DNA of 63,435 nt, counting the filler, from Reticulomyxa filosa (lineage: Eukaryota; Protista; Foraminifera), in NCBI GenBank assembly GCA_000512085.1. It is 16 parts of 16 records of this genome, joined end to end, with 100 filler letters (N's around TTAATTAATTAA, not from the genome) between each part and the next. Parts side by side here need not be neighbours in the genome. Positions count along the whole stretch, not along the records: positions 56,603 to 61,401 come from ASPP01009011.1; positions 61,502 to 63,435 come from ASPP01000656.1; 14 more parts are not named here. One strand, given 5' to 3'. Each line of letters begins with the position of its first letter. The first letter of the stretch is position 1. This document shows positions 58,154 through 63,435 of this stretch, one piece after another. The notes beneath the pieces are model-generated. The model was not told the origin of the DNA. It did not search any database and worked only from the letters and a program-made list of their open reading frames with translations. The position numbers were made by a program, and so were the translations under genes.

Positions 58154-61094
58154 TTAATCACTTGACAATGTTTTCCTTCTTTTTGAGTGAGGTGTTGAGT
58201 GATCATTTTCGCTGTGAGGTGAAGGTGTATGAATCTCGGTTGTTTCAAGCATGCTAAGACTTCTTTTCTTAGGCAGCGTTTCTAATTCAGGTGAGTACGC
58301 ACTCTCTGGAGGCAATATGTTTTGTTCGACATTTGGTGTTTCACTTTTATTCTCCTCAGTAGAATGAGCAGGACGAAGAGGAGAAGGAAAAGCGATCAAT
58401 TCATGCATGACAGGATCACACTTGTGCACTGGTCTAGTTTCTTCCTTGGAAAAGGTGAGTGGTTCTTCAAACGTTTCGATTTTGACTTCAGATGCAATTA
58501 TATCATCTGTTTTGTAATTCAATTGGATCACAATTTTTGTTTCATTTGAATAATGATTTTTCACTACAAAATCATAGCTTTCACACCTGCTTGATTATGT
58601 TCCTCTGTTTCAATCTGGTTGTTCGTTTGCGTTTCTTCATTGGACAGCTCTTCTATTTGTTCGTTTTCCTTCATACACCCACAAAAAAAGTGAATAAGAT
58701 TTAGTGTTGATTTAAAACCCTGCAACATGACCAAATAACAAACAGTAAAAGGAAGAAATGGGAGAAGATTGTGTTTTTTTTCTTCAATGCTTACTTTGTT
58801 TTCAAGTTGAGGACTGTTTTCGTCGTCGATTGTCGGAGGAGGCGTTGTTTCTGTTTTATCTGACTCCATTTGCTCCATTTTAACTAACTCTTCAAGATCC
58901 TTGAGAATGACATCTACTCCCTCAAATTCAACAGCTGTTTAAAGCGAACAAATCATTTTCATCAACAAACAAAAACTGTTCCACTTTTTCCATTTAAAAA
59001 AAATGTCTGTTTTTTGCGTATTGTTCTTCTCTCCTTCAATGCAAACAACAACAAAAAATGCACTTACGGCATTGCTCAGTATTGCTTTGTGTTTGTTGCA
59101 ATTGGACAGCACTTTCTTTCCAGGTCTTCAAGTCCGAGTAAAGTGCACCAAATTGAAGAAACAGCCAAGAACATAAATTGGTTTTTTGTCTAGTGCTTCG
59201 CTGTTTTTCGTCAATTGATCTTCTTGCGATTGAATTGATTCTTTAAGCGACTGAATTTGACCTGCCATTGCTTCATTTTTTTCTAGCAACCCTTTCATTT
59301 TTAAAAAAGGAGGATCAAGCACCTAAACTCAAGCCAAGACAAATACCAAAAAAGCGTACCATTTGTCCACACAACGAATTACTTTGACCTTTTTCTTGCA
59401 GCAAGGCATCATATTTGGAACTTGCATCGGCCAAAGCAAGTGTTTTTTCATTCAAATTAAAAGAGAGTCTGTTGACCTCTTGGTGACCTAAAAGAATATA
59501 CATAATATATATATGTAGATAATATATCGCCGATACAAATATTACCTTGTGAAACAATAAGAAAAACTCAACAAGAAGCATGTTGTTGTGAGAGCTTGAG
59601 ATACAAAGCCAAATAGGTATCAATTTTGGTTTGATTACCATCACTGCAAGTGTGCATGTGTGAGAGACATTCATTTGTTTCATTGGTAAAATGATCTCCG
59701 ATGGCGTCCAGTTCTTGTTGAACCAACTCCTATTTATTTTCCAGCAAACAACTCTCACTTTTGGCCTACTAATACAACAGAGTCATACAAATAAAAAAAT
59801 TTTCGACAGTGGCCACCTTCAATAAGTCTGGGTGGTGTTTCAATAGATCTGCTTCGAGCAGTTCTTCAAGCTTTCTCTCACGTTTCTTCTTTTCTTCTAA
59901 TGTATCTTGACAACATATCAACTGTTTTTCCGACGCTTCCAATTGCGTTTTCTTTTGTATGACACCAAAAACAAGCAATTCCAAAAAAAAAAAAAATTTA
60001 AAAAAGTTTTGGGCCGATATATCTTTTTTTTAAAAAAAAAAAAAAAAAGTGTTTTTTTTGTTTTGTTCACTTTTGTTGGTGTTTTCGTTGTTACTCCGAA
60101 AGAAAAAACTAACTTGCTGATGCATCAAATCTTCGTTGCTTTTCCATTGTTTCTCCATCTCATGTTTATCAGCAACAGCTGCTTCAATCTTGGTGTGTCC
60201 ATTTTTTTGTTAATTTTTTTTTATTTATTTTTATTTAAAACAAAAAAAAAAAAAAAAGAAATTTTTGTGGTGTGTTGTATTCAAGAGAGACCTGAAGTCG
60301 CATTTCGGCGTTCTTTTTGTTCACAGTAGCCAAATGCTCTTTAAGTGCGGCGAGTTGCATATTGGACATTTGCGCTTTGTGTTGACAACCTTGCAATTCC
60401 TCCGCGTGTTGTGTTTTAAGTTGCTCCAATTCTTCTTTCAATGCTTCATTGCTTTTCTCCAGTTGCACAATCTTGTTTTTTTTTTTATTTGTTTTTGGCA
60501 AGTTCCGCAATTGCGGGTTTATTTAAACAACCCCAAACTTTTTTAAAAATTTTCTCTTCCGAGTCAAATATGTGTGTGTGTGACAAAAACTTTCTCTTTT
60601 GAAACAAAAATAACAATTGCAGACATTCTAAAATCTCTTCTTCTTCTCCCTGTATTTGGGTACACATACATTGCTTTGGAGCTCACTGGATGAGGCATTC
60701 AGTTTCTCCAATTCCTTTTCTTTACTTTGACTTAATTCAATTAGTCTCTTTTGCAGAGACTCAATTGTTTCTTTCGGACTCTCGGAAACTGTTGCCAATT
60801 TATTGACTGCAGGAGGGACATTCTCTTGATCTACTTCGTGACAACTTTACACGTTGTAGGGGCACTAAGGGTAGTTACACTGCTCAAGTTGTCTCGAGAC
60901 GGTCGATTCAAATCCTTTTTTTTATAGTAAGCCTTTCTTTGTACAGTACGACAACACTTCCCAGAACTCAAAAAAAAAAAAGATTTAACAAACGCTATGA
61001 AACTCACTAATTTAAACGCAGGTCTCTGAATTCTGGCAGCTGGTGGTTGGATTTTTCGCATGTTCTCACAGTTGCCTCTTTTTCTATTCTGCAT
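58154..61094 (-). CDS. Long coiled-coil hypothetical protein, multi-exon, with an SP/TP-rich tail ending in KRRK
   Basis: Successive heptad-rich exons (LEKSNEALKEELEQLK, QLEASEKQL, QIQSLKESIQSQEDQL); tail TPHSKRRKTLSSD*. Confidence 0.55.
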
Positions 61095-61501
61095 CCGCTC
61101 CCTTTTTTTTTTGCTCTTGTACGAGACAGACTACACTTTCTGAACACTTGTGAAAAACGTGTTTGAGAGAGAAAACAAGGCACATAAAACAAACACTTAT
61201 AATTTAGGATACTGCTATTACGTGTTTCTATCAATTTAAGTTATCAATATCAACTGAATAATTACCAACAATGTTTCAAACAAAAATGTTGAGATCATTC
61301 CAAAGATTATAAATAATGTTTGGTCATGTTTTTATAGTTGTGTTGTTATCAATTTTGGTTGACTAAGTACATTTATTTGTGCTAGTGTTGAACCTTATTA
61401 GNNNNNNNNNNNNNNNNNNNNNNNNNNNNNNNNNNNNNNNNNNNNTTAATTAATTAANNNNNNNNNNNNNNNNNNNNNNNNNNNNNNNNNNNNNNNNNNN
61501 N

Positions 61502-61581
61502 AATGTTATTTTTTCATGGAGAAACACAATCATCTCTATAAGGTGGTCTTTTAGGTGTCAACTTTCTTTTTTATCTTACTA
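61502..61581. mobile_element. Degenerate right-TIR fragment of the same element family
   Basis: TTTTTTCATGGAGAAACACAATCATCTCTATAAGGTGGTCTTTTAGGTGTC matches 51320-51370. Confidence 0.65.
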
Positions 61582-62741
61582 TCATTTTTTTGTTTGATTT
61601 ATTTTTTTAAGTGTTTTGTTTCTTATAAGTTGATAAACATTAGTGTTTTTTGTTGATGTTTGCCTCGTTAGTCGACTGCTATGATTTATTCTGAAAAATG
61701 CGTTTCTCCAAAATAGAATTTCTTTTTTCGAATTTGGCATTCAATGTCGTTTCTTTGTAGTTTAATATCAGATTTTGACTTGTGACAACTGTGACTTTTT
61801 CGTGGATTTGATTTCCTTTTTTCTTGCTTTTCCTGCCTTTGCTGCTATCAATCTCCATTTTTTATTGACATGACAATGATGCCATTGAAAGTATTTGTGT
61901 TTATCTCACTATTTCTTTCAAATTGTCCACTGTCAACTTGCTAGTCTAATGACAGATGATAAATGATGTTTTTTTAAATTCATAATTCGATAAATATACT
62001 GTCAAAAATTTCAAAAATAAATAAAATAATTAGTAAAGATTTAACCAAAATCGAAATTATACATAACTACATTATTCGAATAATTTTTTAAGTCATAAAG
62101 TGCATTTTTATTTGTTAATTTTATTTGACATTCTACTGTATATCAATATATTTGTTAAAAAAATCTTTTTATAAAATAAAATATTAAATTTTGATTAAAT
62201 AATATATGTTGTAGTAAATGAAGCACATTAATCACACTTTTTATAATTTTTTAACAAACATTGTAAATTACAATATAAAACTAAATATTTTCAAATCAAT
62301 TTTAGATTATTTAATCACATACTATCATTTGTTATCAAAATTTGATATTTTTAGATGATACGCAGTACAACCTTTTAGAGTTGTAACGAGAATAGATGGT
62401 CATGACATGAAAGAAAAAAATTTTGTTTTGTGATTACTTGCAATTGATACAAAAGATTCAGAGTTTAAAGAAAAGGGTAAGGACAACAAAAGTGAGAACT
62501 AAGGGTCGTTATTCTATTTAAGATTGTGATAATTTTGTAACATTGAAATTTGTTTTGATCTTTGAAACATATTATATTTATATCACAACCAGTTTCAGCA
62601 AAAAATAAGTGTTTGATTGTTGTGACAGTTGATTCAAATGTGTTTACCGAAATTTTTGTAAAAAGGAGACAATGAAATCATTGTGCTGGAGTACAAAATA
62701 TGTGTGCAATACTTTGAAGGAAAAAGAGCAGACTGACAATA

Positions 62742-63395
62742 CTATAAGGCATCGTCATCAGAGGCATGCTCTTGATTTTTATCGTCGTGTTTGTCAGATA
62801 AAGAAACCTCAATAAAATTGTGTTCTTCAGAGACGTGTCTCTTGTAACGGTATATTTCTTGTTTAAACTTCCAATACCGGCATAGCATGATTATTAAGAC
62901 AACAACAATCAAAACTGCAACGATAACAATAATGGCAATTGCCAGCGCCATATTATCGGAATGCGATTTGTTGTTGTTTGAGACAGGAGTCGTGGGATAT
63001 CCAAGTTGACTCAAGACTTGGTCCACTCCCTGGCGATTGGAAATGAGCCAGTTGGCATTCACACCAATTAGCTCCAAAGTTTGGTTTACATTTCTTTCAT
63101 TTGTAGCAGAGGTGCGATTGGCTATTTGATAAAAAGAAGTTGTTTGATTGAGCATGGCAAGAGAGGCAAAGGAATTAGGTATTTCAGTCAGATCAGCCAT
63201 TAAAAACCCACTGCCATAGACCTGTTGTAAATACAGCCAATTTTCACCATTGTTCCCATAGAGCACATTCCAAACCATGAATCGTCCATTGCATCGACGG
63301 CACGAATAAATCGCCGTGATTTTATTGTTGTCACGAACAACATCTGTCATGATCCAATTCAGTACTTTTTCCAAAGAGGTTTCGTTCAAGTAGCA
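62742..63395 (-). CDS. M1 aminopeptidase (aminopeptidase N-like) ERAP1_C domain end plus a C-terminal TM helix and cytoplasmic tail; 5' truncated
   Basis: LEKVLNW...VVRDNNKITAI...NGRFMVWN...NWLYLQQVYGSG...VNQTLELIGVNANWLISNR resembles the aminopeptidase N C-terminal domain; TM ALAIAIIVIVAVLIVVVLIIMLC. Confidence 0.7.
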   Translation of the reverse strand, partial: CYLNETSLEKVLNWIMTDVVRDNNKITAIYSCRRCNGRFMVWNVLYGNNGENWLYLQQVYGSGFLMADLTEIPNSFASLAMLNQTTSFYQIANRTSATNERNVNQTLELIGVNANWLISNRQGVDQVLSQLGYPTTPVSNNNKSHSDNMALAIAIIVIVAVLIVVVLIIMLCRYWKFKQEIYRYKRHVSEEHNFIEVSLSDKHDDKNQEHASDDDAL

Positions 63396-63435
63396 ACTTC
63401 CTAATTTTCAAAGTTCAATTTTTTTTTTTTTTTTT

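Noticed and set aside
1-63435. tRNA, rRNA or snRNA genes, and an alternative genetic code
   Set aside because: No recognisable structured RNA by eye. Conserved genes end at TAA, TAG and TGA and show no in-frame stops within conserved exons.

Overview
AT-rich, intron-containing eukaryotic (protist) nuclear DNA. It is not one continuous locus: 16 contig pieces are joined by 15 identical artificial 100-bp spacers (N44-TTAATTAATTAA-N44). The gene families (kelch, WD40, TPR pseudogenes, poly-Asn tracts, microsatellite-filled short introns) point to a foraminiferan such as Reticulomyxa filosa; this is inference only. Recognisable genes: a divergent Hsp70, kelch and WD40 proteins, a DUF3754 fragment, an Acl4-like TPR protein, V-ATPase subunit H, phytanoyl-CoA dioxygenase with a PTS2, an alpha/beta hydrolase, TM9SF, two 7TM-like proteins, a REJ/GPS polycystin-1-like protein, a GNAT, a SAM protein, an F-box coiled-coil protein, an MSI4/RBBP4-type WD40, GET3, a BLTP1/Tweek-like C-terminal part, an SMP-domain N-terminus, a Tudor-like protein with a basic tail, a kinase tail with UBA, and an M1 aminopeptidase C-terminus. 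The best unexplained signals are: (1) a complete non-autonomous Tc1/mariner-type element (about 120-bp TIRs, CAGT...ACTG, TA duplication) with further family members nearby; (2) a 20-bp minisatellite of about 39 copies with higher-order structure; (3) atypical splice signals (GTT donors, A-rich AAG acceptors, complementary simple repeats in introns); (4) unusual domain architectures. All family calls come from motif recognition by eye, without database searches. Several frameshifts sit in homopolymer runs and are probably sequencing errors.
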